Shown one piece after another: positions 44,367 through 54,551 of a DNA stretch of 64,000 nucleotides. The stretch lies in the NCBI GenBank assembly GCA_020058765.1, contig JAGVDM010000006.1, positions 181,488 through 245,487 on the forward strand, written 5' to 3'. The position numbers and the translations under genes were made by a program. The stretch's first letter is position 1; each line of letters starts with the position of its first letter. Source of the stretch: Candidatus Peribacterales bacterium. Lineage in GTDB: Bacteria > Patescibacteriota > Gracilibacteria > Peribacterales > Peribacteraceae. Below the pieces are notes generated by a model. That model saw only the letters and a list, made by a program, of their open reading frames with translations. It was not told the DNA's origin and did not search any database.

Positions 44367-44579
44367 ATGTTCGACAATCAGGTCGAGGAGCAAGGATGCA
44401 ACTGGGGATGTGGCGTAGTGCTGTTTCTTGTTGTCGCCCTTTGGGCAGGCATCATTGGGACAATCACGTCACTCATCAGCTTTCCACCATCGCGGCTCCC
44501 CATTTTGGGAATAGCCGTACTGCTCGCAGCAGCCTTCGGGCTCCGAGTGTGGTGGGTCAACCGTACGCCTTCCTTATGA
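44367..44579 (+). CDS. Small two-TM hypothetical protein
   Basis: 70 aa with two hydrophobic helices, a GAGGTG SD-like site, AT-rich upstream DNA and a hairpin downstream. Confidence 0.55.
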   Translation: MFDNQVEEQGCNWGCGVVLFLVVALWAGIIGTITSLISFPPSRLPILGIAVLLAAAFGLRVWWVNRTPSL

Positions 44580-44585
44580 AGGCAC

Positions 44586-44612
44586 GCCGGGCTTTACCGC
44601 CCGGCAATTTTT
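44586..44612. terminator. Hairpin/terminator between convergent genes
   Basis: GCCGGGC-TTTACC-GCCCGGC followed by AATTTTT. Confidence 0.55.
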
Positions 44613-45267
44613 AGCGCGTGTTCTTTTTTCGCCACTTCTCAATTTCCGCATGGTGCCCAGAAAGCAGCACATCGGGCACACGATGCCCGCGGAATTCTTC
44701 TGGTCGTGTGTAATGTGGATACTCCTGCTTGCGATCCAACGCAGCAGAAAAACTCTCCTCGTGCGCAGACTCCTCTTTACCCAGCACGCCGGGAATGTGC
44801 CGAGCGATTGCATCAATGAGCACCATGGCAGGCAACTCTCCACCAGTGAGTACGTAGTCTCCAATCCGGATTTCTTCATCGATCCATCCACCATCAATAA
44901 TGCGCTGATCGATGCCTTCGTAATGCCCACAGAGCAGCAATAGCCACTCATGATCCTGCGCCAGCTGCTCCACTTTTGGCTGCACCAGGCGTTCACCGCG
45001 AGCGGAAAGATAGATGCGATGTGGCTGGCCTTCTGCAAGAGTCATCACGTGTTCGATCGCGGGTACTACCGCATCGGCACGCATGAGCATGCCTGCACCG
45101 CCGCCGTATGGCGTGTCATCGACTTGGCGATACTTCCCAAGGCCAAAATTGCGCAAATCATGAAAATGCACCGAAAGAAGATTTTGCTCTCGTGCACGTT
45201 GCAGAATGCTCTCGGTGAGAGGGCCGTCAAACATGCCGGGGAAGAGCGTGAGGATATCGATCCGCAT
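44611..45267 (-). CDS. trmD: tRNA (guanine-N1)-methyltransferase
   Basis: ILTLFP, VDDTPYGGGAGM, CGHYEGID.R, IGDYVLTGGE, YPHYTRP and VLLSG.H. Confidence 0.97.
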   Translation of the reverse strand: MRIDILTLFPGMFDGPLTESILQRAREQNLLSVHFHDLRNFGLGKYRQVDDTPYGGGAGMLMRADAVVPAIEHVMTLAEGQPHRIYLSARGERLVQPKVEQLAQDHEWLLLLCGHYEGIDQRIIDGGWIDEEIRIGDYVLTGGELPAMVLIDAIARHIPGVLGKEESAHEESFSAALDRKQEYPHYTRPEEFRGHRVPDVLLSGHHAEIEKWRKKNTR

Positions 45268-45353
45268 GGAGACATGCTACGGCATTCAGACAGTATGCGC
45301 ACCGCTTCTCCTGGCAATTCTGCACCGGTTCGCGGATACTCCGTGATGATTCT

Positions 45354-46304
45354 ATGGCACCACGCGTCGACATTCTGATGCCCACGTACAAGCCGCGCAC
45401 AGAGCATTTGCTCGCGGCTATCGAGAGCGTGCGTGCGCAAACAGAAACAGACTGGATCCTGACGATCTGTGACGAACCAACCGATGTGGATACAGCTACA
45501 ATGTTGCAATCGATTACCGATGACCGCATTCGGTATATGCGCAACGAGCGGCGGCTCGGTATTGGTGGCAACTGGAATCGATGCCTAACGCAGGTTACAG
45601 CGCCATACGTGCAGTATTTATTTCAAGATGATCTGCTGGAGCCGCAATATCTTGCTACAGCACTCGCTGCTATGGAGAGCGACGAGCGAATCGGTATGGT
45701 ATCTATGGGGCACCGCTACGTGTTTGAAGGAGAAAGCGTAGCACGCGACGCGTACGAAGAGGTGGAGAAAGCTCGGGCAGAGGTAGCGGCGGGATACCAT
45801 GACGGAACCGAGACATTGCTCGCATGGATGGAGCGTGGTCTGCATCCGAATGTTGTGGGGGAACCAAGCTTTGTACTCCTACGCAAATCCACAATGCATG
45901 TTGTGGGCGCATTCCGGGAAGACATGCAGCAAAATTTAGATAGTGAGTACTGGGCGCGCATGTTTATACAAGCTGGGTGGTACGTGGTGCCGGGGAACTT
46001 TGGGAGTTTCCGAGTGCACGCGGATGCCGCCAGCGCACGCAACTTCGAGCGCGGCGCAGGGGTTTTTGATCGGCTACGCACCCTGCATGCCATTAGCCGT
46101 ATATTGCCCACGGAGCACCAAAAGAAAGCACAGCGGATTATTGGCGAACAGACGACACGCATGACCGAGAAGTTCCTTCTGCGCTATGGAGGAGTGCGTT
46201 TAGAGCTCAGTGATCGAGTGCCTATTTTGTTCTCTCTTGCACTCCATCCGATCACTGTATTACGAAGCCTGTGGCGGTATACACGAAGCCGCAACAGGGA
46301 ATGA
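45354..46304 (+). CDS. Glycosyltransferase family 2
   Basis: ILMPTY, AIESV.AQT..DW, N..RLGI..NWN and LFQDD. Confidence 0.85.
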   Translation: MAPRVDILMPTYKPRTEHLLAAIESVRAQTETDWILTICDEPTDVDTATMLQSITDDRIRYMRNERRLGIGGNWNRCLTQVTAPYVQYLFQDDLLEPQYLATALAAMESDERIGMVSMGHRYVFEGESVARDAYEEVEKARAEVAAGYHDGTETLLAWMERGLHPNVVGEPSFVLLRKSTMHVVGAFREDMQQNLDSEYWARMFIQAGWYVVPGNFGSFRVHADAASARNFERGAGVFDRLRTLHAISRILPTEHQKKAQRIIGEQTTRMTEKFLLRYGGVRLELSDRVPILFSLALHPITVLRSLWRYTRSRNRE

Positions 46305-46362
46305 GTACGCGGGATGTCAACAACAACGTGCACTTCTGTTGCCGTCGCTGCACCATGATTTC

Positions 46363-46806
46363 ATGCCGCTCCTCAAAAAATCCACATTGGCCACACCGCA
46401 TGAACGGTTTGTGGCGAAGATGATCGACCTCGGAATTCTGATTATTCCGACGCTGATTTTGTACTACACCTACGGAATCCAGAAGGAAATGCCTGAGCCG
46501 ATGATGTGGGTAGGAGCCGTTATGGCGAGCTTTTTCACCGCGTTCATGATGATCATCTTCCTGCAGTGGATCCTGATTGGTGAATACGGTCAGTCACTGG
46601 GGAAAATTGTCATGCGTATCCGCATTGTGGATGAGAAGACCAAGAAAACCGGCACACTGGTGCAGAACCTCTTCATCCGCACATGGCTCCCTGCCATCAT
46701 GTGGGAAAACCTCGTATTCCTGGCATGCGACGTGCTGCCCGTCTTCCGCAAGGAACGCCGGTGTCTGCATGACTACCTCGCCAAGACGATCGTGGTAAAG
46801 GCGTAG
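46363..46806 (+). CDS. RDD family membrane protein
   Basis: LA...RFVAKMID, GQSLGK..M.IRIV and R.LHD.LAKT.VV. Confidence 0.88.
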   Translation: MPLLKKSTLATPHERFVAKMIDLGILIIPTLILYYTYGIQKEMPEPMMWVGAVMASFFTAFMMIIFLQWILIGEYGQSLGKIVMRIRIVDEKTKKTGTLVQNLFIRTWLPAIMWENLVFLACDVLPVFRKERRCLHDYLAKTIVVKA

Positions 46807-46876
46807 TGTGCGCTGAGCAAAGAAACATGGGAGAGTTTTTGACGAAAAATAAAATAGTGTGATAAATATATAGCGA

Positions 46877-47461
46877 ATGGCAGTTCACCTCACACTGAAG
46901 GAGTGTTGCGAAGTCCAACGGCTTCGGCTGAACGATCCAAATATTGTGCGACTCTGCGTACAGGACACTCCTGGCGCAAAACCCACACAGCAGAAAGTGG
47001 AGAGTATGTCTCAGCACATTACTCTGCAGGCGGGGCTGTTGCTGGAATCTGGTCTACAGGCAAAAAAAGAGAAGTACATCGATCGCCACCTGCCAACACT
47101 CCAGAGCTTTGCCATTCTGGAAGGTGAAGAATTAGTGGGCATTACCGACCGCATGCGAGCGATGGGCATCGTGATCGGCCCCTTCGTAATGCCCATCATT
47201 TCCGCACAACAGCGACGTGTGCAGCAGTGGGTCACTGGGAACATTGCCAATGTGTACGACGCTGCCATGGAAGCGCTACCCGAAGATATGATCGACCTCA
47301 ATCTCGTCACGCGCCTCGGCATCATCAAAGCACTGAATACAGAAATCCGCTCAGCGGTGCACAGCAAACAAATGGCCAAGCTGCGCTTTGCGAAGGATCA
47401 TTTGCAAGAAACCTTCGCATTCGGAGGCACGCGCGAAGACCCTATTGTTCGAGAAGGGTAA
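46877..47461 (+). CDS. Hypothetical protein
   Basis: 194-aa ORF after an AT-rich tract with TTGACG at 46839. Confidence 0.55.
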   Translation: MAVHLTLKECCEVQRLRLNDPNIVRLCVQDTPGAKPTQQKVESMSQHITLQAGLLLESGLQAKKEKYIDRHLPTLQSFAILEGEELVGITDRMRAMGIVIGPFVMPIISAQQRRVQQWVTGNIANVYDAAMEALPEDMIDLNLVTRLGIIKALNTEIRSAVHSKQMAKLRFAKDHLQETFAFGGTREDPIVREG

Positions 47462-47464
47462 GCC

Positions 47465-48358
47465 CTACAGGAATTCCTTCATATATTCGGTGACATCGAC
47501 TTTTTGCACTTCGTCGACGGCGAATGTGCTGCGACCCTCGCGTGGCTTAAGGCGATCATAGAAGCTTGGCGCCGCTGTGTTCTGGTACAAGATGCCCGTG
47601 CTAATGCGCTTACTGGTATCGGTAGCAATGCGCCTTGCTTGGGCAAAATCCGTTGGATCATGGCCTTCGGCAGCAGCATCGTACACATGCTCCATGAGCC
47701 ACTCGTGAGTGGCAAACTGGTTGTAAGTAGGGCACGCCTGCAGCATATCCACAAACGCAAAGCCATTGTGCTGAATAGCTGCCTTAAGAATCTGCACCAT
47801 TTGATCGATGTGGCCGCTAAAGCCGCGGGCAACAAAGGTGGGTTCCAAGCTGAATACAAAATCCATGGAGTTGAGCGTGTGCTCGGGAATACCGTTTGGC
47901 GATGTGTTCATCGGCTGTCCCTGCCACGTAAGCGAGCTTGCCTGCCCTGTAGTGAGGCCATAGTTCGCATTATTGTGGAGGATAAAGACAATGGGGTAAT
48001 TGGAGCGAATGCTGTGTACGAGGTGCCCTATGCCCTCGGAAAAACTCGCACCGTCGCCACCGTGTGCTAGAACAGGCAACACGGGATTGGCCAGCTTGGC
48101 ACCAGATGCAAACGGGAGCACGCGACCGTGCAGTCCATGGAACCTGTAGCCCTGCAACTTGTCGCTCATGTTGCCGTGGCAACCAACGTCGTAGCAGAGC
48201 AACACACCATGCGGGGGAATACCGAGCTCCACCAGCGCACGCTTCACTGCAGTCCAAATGCCGTAGTCGCCGCACCCATCGCACCACGTGCACTGATTCT
48301 TATGATGGTAATCAGCCATCTTTGGTCCGCCGGTATTGTCGAGCGGGATGCGCGTCAT
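47465..48358 (-). CDS. 2-oxoacid:ferredoxin/flavodoxin oxidoreductase beta subunit (TPP-binding)
   Basis: WC.GCG.YGI, GC, LHGR.LP, GGDG, NN..YGLTTGQAS and CPT.N. Confidence 0.93.
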   Translation of the reverse strand: MTRIPLDNTGGPKMADYHHKNQCTWCDGCGDYGIWTAVKRALVELGIPPHGVLLCYDVGCHGNMSDKLQGYRFHGLHGRVLPFASGAKLANPVLPVLAHGGDGASFSEGIGHLVHSIRSNYPIVFILHNNANYGLTTGQASSLTWQGQPMNTSPNGIPEHTLNSMDFVFSLEPTFVARGFSGHIDQMVQILKAAIQHNGFAFVDMLQACPTYNQFATHEWLMEHVYDAAAEGHDPTDFAQARRIATDTSKRISTGILYQNTAAPSFYDRLKPREGRSTFAVDEVQKVDVTEYMKEFL

Positions 48359-49647
48359 TACTGAAGAATAAGCGTAGAAAGATCCACGGTATGCTCGCTG
48401 ATTTTGGCATATTGCACGATGCCATCTTCCACAGTTGTTTCCTTACTGCTGTCATACAAGCCGTAGGTAAGCGTGTTGCCGGTGCCAAAGGCGAACCCGC
48501 CGACTGCAGAACCTGAACTGGCATACACAAAGAACGACTGCGGATTTGGCACTTCACGTACACTCACTCGTTTGCCTGTGGTGAGGTCTGCATATTCCAA
48601 GCGTGACATATTGCCGGCAATGGAACGCACAAACGCGACATGGTGCAGATCAGGAGATACAAGGTACGGCCGGGCAATGGTGAAGGGCAACTTGGTGATA
48701 CTCCCCGTACCCGAACGCAGTTCCCAGAGTGCTCCGTCATCTGCATTCAAGTATGGATCAAATGTCGCATGCACGAAGTACGCTCTGCCATCCGCAGAGA
48801 GAGGCATCGTGTACGTATTGTCCGCCTCGATAAGGCGACTATCGGGCAATAACAATGGCGATAGGAGATCATCCATACCACTGGTGCCTGTGCGATACGG
48901 ATTGAACTGCGCAGCAATGCGACAAGTGGATCCGTCTGCATATGTGCCAGCCAGTTGGGTGTCTGTTGTGTCCCCCGCCTTGTTGTAGCGCACAGTGACC
49001 GTTGTCATACCCGATCCGATGCAATCATCGCCAGAGAGCACTGCTTGCGCATGGCCGTTCTGCAACATGCTCGCATAGAGGAATTCCGCTGCGCGAGAGC
49101 GAGGGAGAGGAGAGTCTGGCCACACAGAGCGGAATGCACGGGCATCCACAATCCCCTCGGTAATGGCCGTGGAAATATAAGGCGCAAACCATGCACCAGT
49201 ACCAAAAGGTGCCGTACCTGTAGCACTGTCAGGCACTGCGATCGCATACCCCTTACTGCCAACGAGCATCTTGAGTGCCTCCGCTGTATTCACAGGGCGA
49301 CCTGGTTGGAACGTGCCATCTGGGTAGCCGCTTACCCACTCCTGCTCGGCTGCATAACACACGAATGGCGCGAACCACTCGCGTTGTACATCTGGGAAGC
49401 ATTCACTGTAGTACTCCGCGTCGGGCTGTTCACCTGAAGACTCTACAAGCAACTTCATGAGCTCTGCGCGATTGAGCGTCACCTCTGGGCCGAACGATCC
49501 ATCGGGGTACCCGCGCATGATCCCCGAAGATTGCAGCGTATTGATGGCGACTGCACTCCGGTGATCGGTTGGAACATCAGGATATGCCGCAACGGCAACG
49601 ATTGGCAGTACCAAAAGAGAGCCGGCGAGGAGAATGCGCTGCATCAT
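48358..49647 (-). CDS. Secreted S-layer homology (SLH) domain protein
   Basis: Signal peptide, YPDVP..H...AI..L...GIM.GYPDGSF.P...LNRAE, second repeat GYPDGTFQP...VN.AE and a beta-rich C-terminus. Confidence 0.88.
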   Translation of the reverse strand: MMQRILLAGSLLVLPIVAVAAYPDVPTDHRSAVAINTLQSSGIMRGYPDGSFGPEVTLNRAELMKLLVESSGEQPDAEYYSECFPDVQREWFAPFVCYAAEQEWVSGYPDGTFQPGRPVNTAEALKMLVGSKGYAIAVPDSATGTAPFGTGAWFAPYISTAITEGIVDARAFRSVWPDSPLPRSRAAEFLYASMLQNGHAQAVLSGDDCIGSGMTTVTVRYNKAGDTTDTQLAGTYADGSTCRIAAQFNPYRTGTSGMDDLLSPLLLPDSRLIEADNTYTMPLSADGRAYFVHATFDPYLNADDGALWELRSGTGSITKLPFTIARPYLVSPDLHHVAFVRSIAGNMSRLEYADLTTGKRVSVREVPNPQSFFVYASSGSAVGGFAFGTGNTLTYGLYDSSKETTVEDGIVQYAKISEHTVDLSTLILQ

Positions 49648-51389
49648 GAAAGGAACGGGGAGAGCAGGGAATCCAGTTCATCCACAAAGAAGGGACGACC
49701 GTCATATTTCAATACGCGATGTGCAAGAGGAATACACGCTTCTTGCTGGAGGAGTATGCCGAGCTGCCCAGTCTTGTTGCCCTCTACAAGCACCACGTTC
49801 TTTGCCTGTGCAGCGAGTGCGGTAAAGCGCTCCACCTGTAATGGCCACATATACGTGTAGTGCAAGTACCCCGCCTTCTTGTATGCAGGCTTGGAGAGCA
49901 AATCGAGCATGGGGCCTTTGGTACTCCCCCACCCAACAAAGAGCGTCTCGGGCTTCTGGGAACCAAACAATTCGGGCTCAGGAAGTTCCGTCTTCAATTT
50001 CTCCATTTTGCGCATGCGCTTGTCCATTTGTGCAATCGCATTCTCAGCAGATTCATCCACGCTTCCATCTGCATTGTGCTCATCGCCCTGCCCCGCATAC
50101 GTTGCGGCAGCAGTGCCGGGTAACCATCGTGCGGAGATGCCATCTTTTGCAGCGGGATCATAGCGATCCGTACCCTTGAGTGATGCAAGTGTTTTTGAGT
50201 CGACAATATGCCCACGTTCGATAGTGGCCTTTGTCTGATCGTACAAGGGCTGTGTGTAGAGCGCTTCCGCGATCTGCTTATCGTAGAGCACGATCACGGA
50301 AATCTGGTATTTCTCCGCGATGTTGAATGCAACGGGCATCAGATCGAATGCATCCTGGCTGTCGCTTGCAGAGAGCACGCACCGCGCGAACTCTCCATGG
50401 CCGCCGAACACAGCAAGAAGCAGATCACCTTGCGCAGTCCACGTAGGCAAACCTGTTGCAGGGCCGGGGCGCATTGCTAGGCCAAACACGCTGGGGTTCT
50501 CAATGATGCCATTGAGCGACAGTGTTTCTGTCATAAGGTCAAAGCCTCCACCAGATGTGGCGGTCATAGCGCGCGTGCCCATGAACATGGCACCGCTCAT
50601 CATTTGCGCCGCAGTGATTTCATCCTCCGCCTGCTTGATGACCATGCCCGTGCGGTTCTGTATTTCGGAAATGAATGTGAGCAATGGCGAAGAGGGCGTC
50701 ATGGGATAGCCCACGTACATACGGCACCCGGCATGCACGGCGCCAAGCCCCATTGCCTGGCTCCCCGTGAGGAGCATGCAGTTGTGCCAAGCAACATCGG
50801 CCTGCGGCAGTGTGACCGCAGCGGTATCCGCATGTGCGACGTGGAATGCCACTCCCGCATCTATGCATCGAAAGTTGAGGTCGAGCACCTTTTCTCCCTT
50901 GTGACCAAACTGCTCGCGAACCAGCTCCTTTAAGAGCGCAACATCCTGCTTGAGGATCGACCACACAACAGAAGTGATAAGTACATTACCTAATATAGGC
51001 GGCGCACCAATCTCTTTGAGGAGCTTCTCGTTTGGCAAATAGACCACTGTGATCTTCTGTTTTTCCAATCGTGCCTGTTCTTCTTTGGAGAACTTCCACT
51101 CCGGAGTTTGGTGCAATACCACGCCTCCGGGCTTCACTTCGTGCATGTTCTTCTCCAAGCCGTGGTGATTGAAGCAGACCAGAATATCCACACGCATTTC
51201 GCTACTGCCGATCGCCTCATGGCTCACATCCAGCTGAAAGCTGCTGTGCCCACCCTTGATGAGCGACATGTATTCACGGTAGCCAAACACGCAGTACCCA
51301 CTCCGCTTGAGACCTGTGGCACAGATCTCCCCCACGGAGTTCACTCCTTGGCCTTGGGCGCCGGTTACTTTGAGTGAAATACGAGACAT
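49644..51389 (-). CDS. 2-oxoacid:ferredoxin/flavodoxin oxidoreductase alpha(gamma) subunit
   Basis: G.QGQG, EY.S.IKGGH, YPMTPSS, QAEDEI, TATSGGG and RPGPATGLPT. Confidence 0.94.
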   Translation of the reverse strand: MSRISLKVTGAQGQGVNSVGEICATGLKRSGYCVFGYREYMSLIKGGHSSFQLDVSHEAIGSSEMRVDILVCFNHHGLEKNMHEVKPGGVVLHQTPEWKFSKEEQARLEKQKITVVYLPNEKLLKEIGAPPILGNVLITSVVWSILKQDVALLKELVREQFGHKGEKVLDLNFRCIDAGVAFHVAHADTAAVTLPQADVAWHNCMLLTGSQAMGLGAVHAGCRMYVGYPMTPSSPLLTFISEIQNRTGMVIKQAEDEITAAQMMSGAMFMGTRAMTATSGGGFDLMTETLSLNGIIENPSVFGLAMRPGPATGLPTWTAQGDLLLAVFGGHGEFARCVLSASDSQDAFDLMPVAFNIAEKYQISVIVLYDKQIAEALYTQPLYDQTKATIERGHIVDSKTLASLKGTDRYDPAAKDGISARWLPGTAAATYAGQGDEHNADGSVDESAENAIAQMDKRMRKMEKLKTELPEPELFGSQKPETLFVGWGSTKGPMLDLLSKPAYKKAGYLHYTYMWPLQVERFTALAAQAKNVVLVEGNKTGQLGILLQQEACIPLAHRVLKYDGRPFFVDELDSLLSPFLS

Positions 51390-51391
51390 GC

Positions 51392-51859
51392 TTACCGAGT
51401 TGCGAAAGTATCGAGGAGCTTCTGACCCCACTTACACACTTTGTCTTCCTGACCATAGGGTTCGTTCACGATCATAAGAGACGGCAGTGCCTGTGCTCCG
51501 TTGTGCGTTTTGATGAATTGCTGCAGGTGCTCCACCGCACGACCAGTGTAATAGTATCGATCATCACCGAGGGAAATCGCTGCACATGCCTTCCCTGCAA
51601 GGTCGACATCTTTGGCACGCTTTTTCAGAAGCACATCCATATGCGGATTGAGCTGCCCTTCAATACCACCCGTGTTCCACGTGCCGCTCGCGAGGAGCAG
51701 CACGTCTGCTTTTGTGAAGTCATCGGGCTGTGCCACCTCCGCAACCGCTCGCGTCACCACTAGCTCCGGCGCATGCTTCGCAAGAAAGTCTGCGAGTACG
51801 CCGACCACATACTCCGTGTGGCCGCTCGTGGAGGCATAAAGAATGTGTAGCGACGTCAC
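51392..51859 (-). CDS. Flavodoxin
   Basis: ILYASTSGHTE, SGTW.TG and SLGD..Y. Confidence 0.9.
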   Translation of the reverse strand: MTSLHILYASTSGHTEYVVGVLADFLAKHAPELVVTRAVAEVAQPDDFTKADVLLLASGTWNTGGIEGQLNPHMDVLLKKRAKDVDLAGKACAAISLGDDRYYYTGRAVEHLQQFIKTHNGAQALPSLMIVNEPYGQEDKVCKWGQKLLDTFATR

Positions 51860-51952
51860 GGATGAATTCTACGCGAGAGCGTCGATGGAAAACAGACAGA
51901 TTCCTCACTGGATCCAAAGTGAGAATCTCCGCTGGCCGATCGGAAAATTCTC

Positions 51953-51981
51953 TTGCATACCAAGATAGTTTTCTCTATCAT
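51953..51981 (+). promoter_or_regulatory. Sigma70-type promoter
   Basis: TTGCAT-N17-TATCAT in an AT-rich tract. Confidence 0.55.
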
Positions 51982-52009
51982 TCATAAATTTTATAAAAAT
52001 AAGAAGTGT

Positions 52010-52390
52010 ATGTTCTCTCTCACCGAAAAAATCGACCCCGGACGCGAGTCCGAGAAATTGGACCCCGGAAGGGCGCCCCCTGATCGTGAAGATCCTGGAC
52101 CTGCTTCGGAGGAAACTCTGGCACTAGAAAAGTCCAACACCACACAGCAATATCGAACATCGTACGAGATCGTATTAAGCGGCGGAGGTGTGAATCACCA
52201 GGGCAGTTTGAGTACAGTGACGGTTGGGGAACCGCTGCGCATGAAGTATGAGAAGTCGGATGACGGCTACGGCCTGTTTGTTGGCGATCGTGTGAAATCG
52301 GTGCTCGACCGCGGGAGTGGTCGGGCGCAGATTCAAACGAATACGCACGCATACGAAGTGCGAAAGGCAACGCATGTAGTCGCCGCGTAG
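52010..52390 (+). CDS. Hypothetical protein with N-terminal EKxDPGR repeats
   Basis: 126 aa; EKIDPGR / EKLDPGR / DREDPG. Confidence 0.55.
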   Translation: MFSLTEKIDPGRESEKLDPGRAPPDREDPGPASEETLALEKSNTTQQYRTSYEIVLSGGGVNHQGSLSTVTVGEPLRMKYEKSDDGYGLFVGDRVKSVLDRGSGRAQIQTNTHAYEVRKATHVVAA

Positions 52391-52423
52391 CGGGAACACC
52401 ATCGGTTCAGGTATAAAGAGCAT

Positions 52424-54502
52424 ATGTCGTTTCCGCTCGACCCACGATCGATTGCTGTGATTGGCGCAAGTGCCGACGAGGGATCAGTGGGGTACGACAT
52501 CCTGCACAATCTGCTATCGCAGGGGTACGCGGGCGAAGTGTATCCCGTAAACCCCAAGCACGATGTGTTACAAGGCAAACCTGCATTCCGCTCGGTGAAG
52601 GATATTCCGAATGCAGTAGAGCTCGCAGTTATCATTGTGCCGGCCAAGATCGTGCCGACTGTTTTGCGTGAATGCGGAGAGAAGGGTGTGCATGCAGTAG
52701 TCGTCATTAGCGCGGGCTTCGGTGAAACACACACGGAACAAGGGAAGTTGCTTGAAGAGCAACTCGTACAGATCGCGCACGAGTATGACATTGCGCTGAT
52801 CGGCCCCAACTGCCTCGGCATCATCCGGCCCAGCGCCGGAATGAATGCCTCCTTTGCAAAGGAGGCACCACCCAATGGCGGCATTGCACTCGTGAGCCAA
52901 TCGGGTGCAACCGCGGTGGGCATTATGGATGCCGCACAGGAACGCGGTCTTGGTTTTAGCACCGTACTGAGCATTGGCAATAAGGCAGTCATGACAGAAA
53001 CCGACTTCCTCTCTCTTTGTGAACAAGACGAGCACACAACGGTGATCGGCCTGTACTTGGAAGATATCCGTTCGGGGCAGGAATTCCTGCGCGCTGCAGC
53101 GGCAGTCACTGCTAAAAAACCAATTGTACTGCTCAAGAGCGGTGTATCCGAACAAGGCCGCCGTGCTGCATCGTCTCACACGGGCGCACTTGCCGGCGAT
53201 GACGCGGCGATAGACGCCGCATGCAAACAGGCAGGCATACGGCGTGCGCACAACTTCGATGAATTCTTGGATCTTCTGCTGACGTTGAGTACGCAACCAC
53301 CGCTGCTCTCACGCAGAATTGCCGTGATCACGAATGCAGGCGGCCCCGGCATTCTGGCCACCGATGCTGCATCAGCAAAAAAACTTGAACTCGCATCGCT
53401 CGATGCGAAGAACGCCAAAGCATTGGCAGCACTACTGCCACCTGCAGCAAGCGTTGGAAACCCGATCGATGTACTCGGTGACGCAGCTGCCGATCGATTT
53501 CAGGCCGCACTGGATGCCTGCACGAAAGACAAACATATCGATGGCATCGTCGTGCTGGTAACCCCACAGGTCATGACGCCATGTGAGGACATTGCTCAAG
53601 CCATTCTTCGCACGCAGAAACGCGCCTCAATGATGCCAATTGTTGCGAGCTTCATTGGTGGTGCATCGGTGCGAAGTGCCACGGTGATACTCGCGGCAGC
53701 GGGAATTCCCGCATTACCGTCGCCAGAGCGCGCCGTGCATGCGTTGGCAGCACTGCTCCCTACAGACGAACAGCCTCGAGTGTGGCAACAGGCCACTCGC
53801 AATACACAACGACCTGCAGCAGCAACTGCTTTGCTTAAGAAAAGCGACGGTCTCCTGCCGCCAGACGTGACGCGAGAACTCTTCGCGCTCTACGATCTCG
53901 CACTCCCGCAGCAGGCAGTGGCGCATTCCTCGGCTGAGGCGGCCGCCATCGCAAAGAAGATTGGGAGAACAGTGGTTGCGAAAGTGAATTCGCCAGACAT
54001 TTTGCACAAGACGGATGTTGGCGGCATTCAGACGAATCTTCGCACGCCAGAAGATGCATCTGCTGCGTACAATGATATTGAGAAGAACATTCGGCAAAAT
54101 GCGCCCAGCGCACAGTGGGACGGCGTGCTGATTCAGGAGTTTTTGCCACTGGGACGAGAGTTCATTGTCGGCGGCCTGCGCGATCCGTCATTTGGCCCAC
54201 TCGTCATGGTGGGGCTGGGGGGTATTTATACGGAGCTCTTCCGCGACACGGCATTCCGCATTGCGCCAGTTACAGAGGAAGAGAGTTTTGAGGCATTGCA
54301 ACAACTGACCAGCTGGAAACTTTTATTGGGTATGCGCGGACAATCGCAAGCAAACATTGCAGAGCTTGCGAGGGTGGTGCAGCGCGTGTCGGAGATGCTT
54401 GCGGAGTTGGAACAGATTCGCGAACTCGATATCAACCCGGTTCTTGTAGGGGAAGAAGCCGTGGCAATCGCAGATGCGAAGGTAATAGTGAGCCACCTGT
54501 AA
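52424..54502 (+). CDS. Acetate--CoA ligase (ADP-forming), fused alpha/beta
   Basis: PRSIAVIGAS, GPNCLG, SQSGA, SHTGALAG (phospho-His), NPIDVLGDA, HKTDVGG and LDINP. Confidence 0.92.
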   Translation: MSFPLDPRSIAVIGASADEGSVGYDILHNLLSQGYAGEVYPVNPKHDVLQGKPAFRSVKDIPNAVELAVIIVPAKIVPTVLRECGEKGVHAVVVISAGFGETHTEQGKLLEEQLVQIAHEYDIALIGPNCLGIIRPSAGMNASFAKEAPPNGGIALVSQSGATAVGIMDAAQERGLGFSTVLSIGNKAVMTETDFLSLCEQDEHTTVIGLYLEDIRSGQEFLRAAAAVTAKKPIVLLKSGVSEQGRRAASSHTGALAGDDAAIDAACKQAGIRRAHNFDEFLDLLLTLSTQPPLLSRRIAVITNAGGPGILATDAASAKKLELASLDAKNAKALAALLPPAASVGNPIDVLGDAAADRFQAALDACTKDKHIDGIVVLVTPQVMTPCEDIAQAILRTQKRASMMPIVASFIGGASVRSATVILAAAGIPALPSPERAVHALAALLPTDEQPRVWQQATRNTQRPAAATALLKKSDGLLPPDVTRELFALYDLALPQQAVAHSSAEAAAIAKKIGRTVVAKVNSPDILHKTDVGGIQTNLRTPEDASAAYNDIEKNIRQNAPSAQWDGVLIQEFLPLGREFIVGGLRDPSFGPLVMVGLGGIYTELFRDTAFRIAPVTEEESFEALQQLTSWKLLLGMRGQSQANIAELARVVQRVSEMLAELEQIRELDINPVLVGEEAVAIADAKVIVSHL

Positions 54503-54551
54503 AGCCGCGAACCTTGCGACCGTGAAATGCTGCCTGTAGGCTTCCGCGCAT

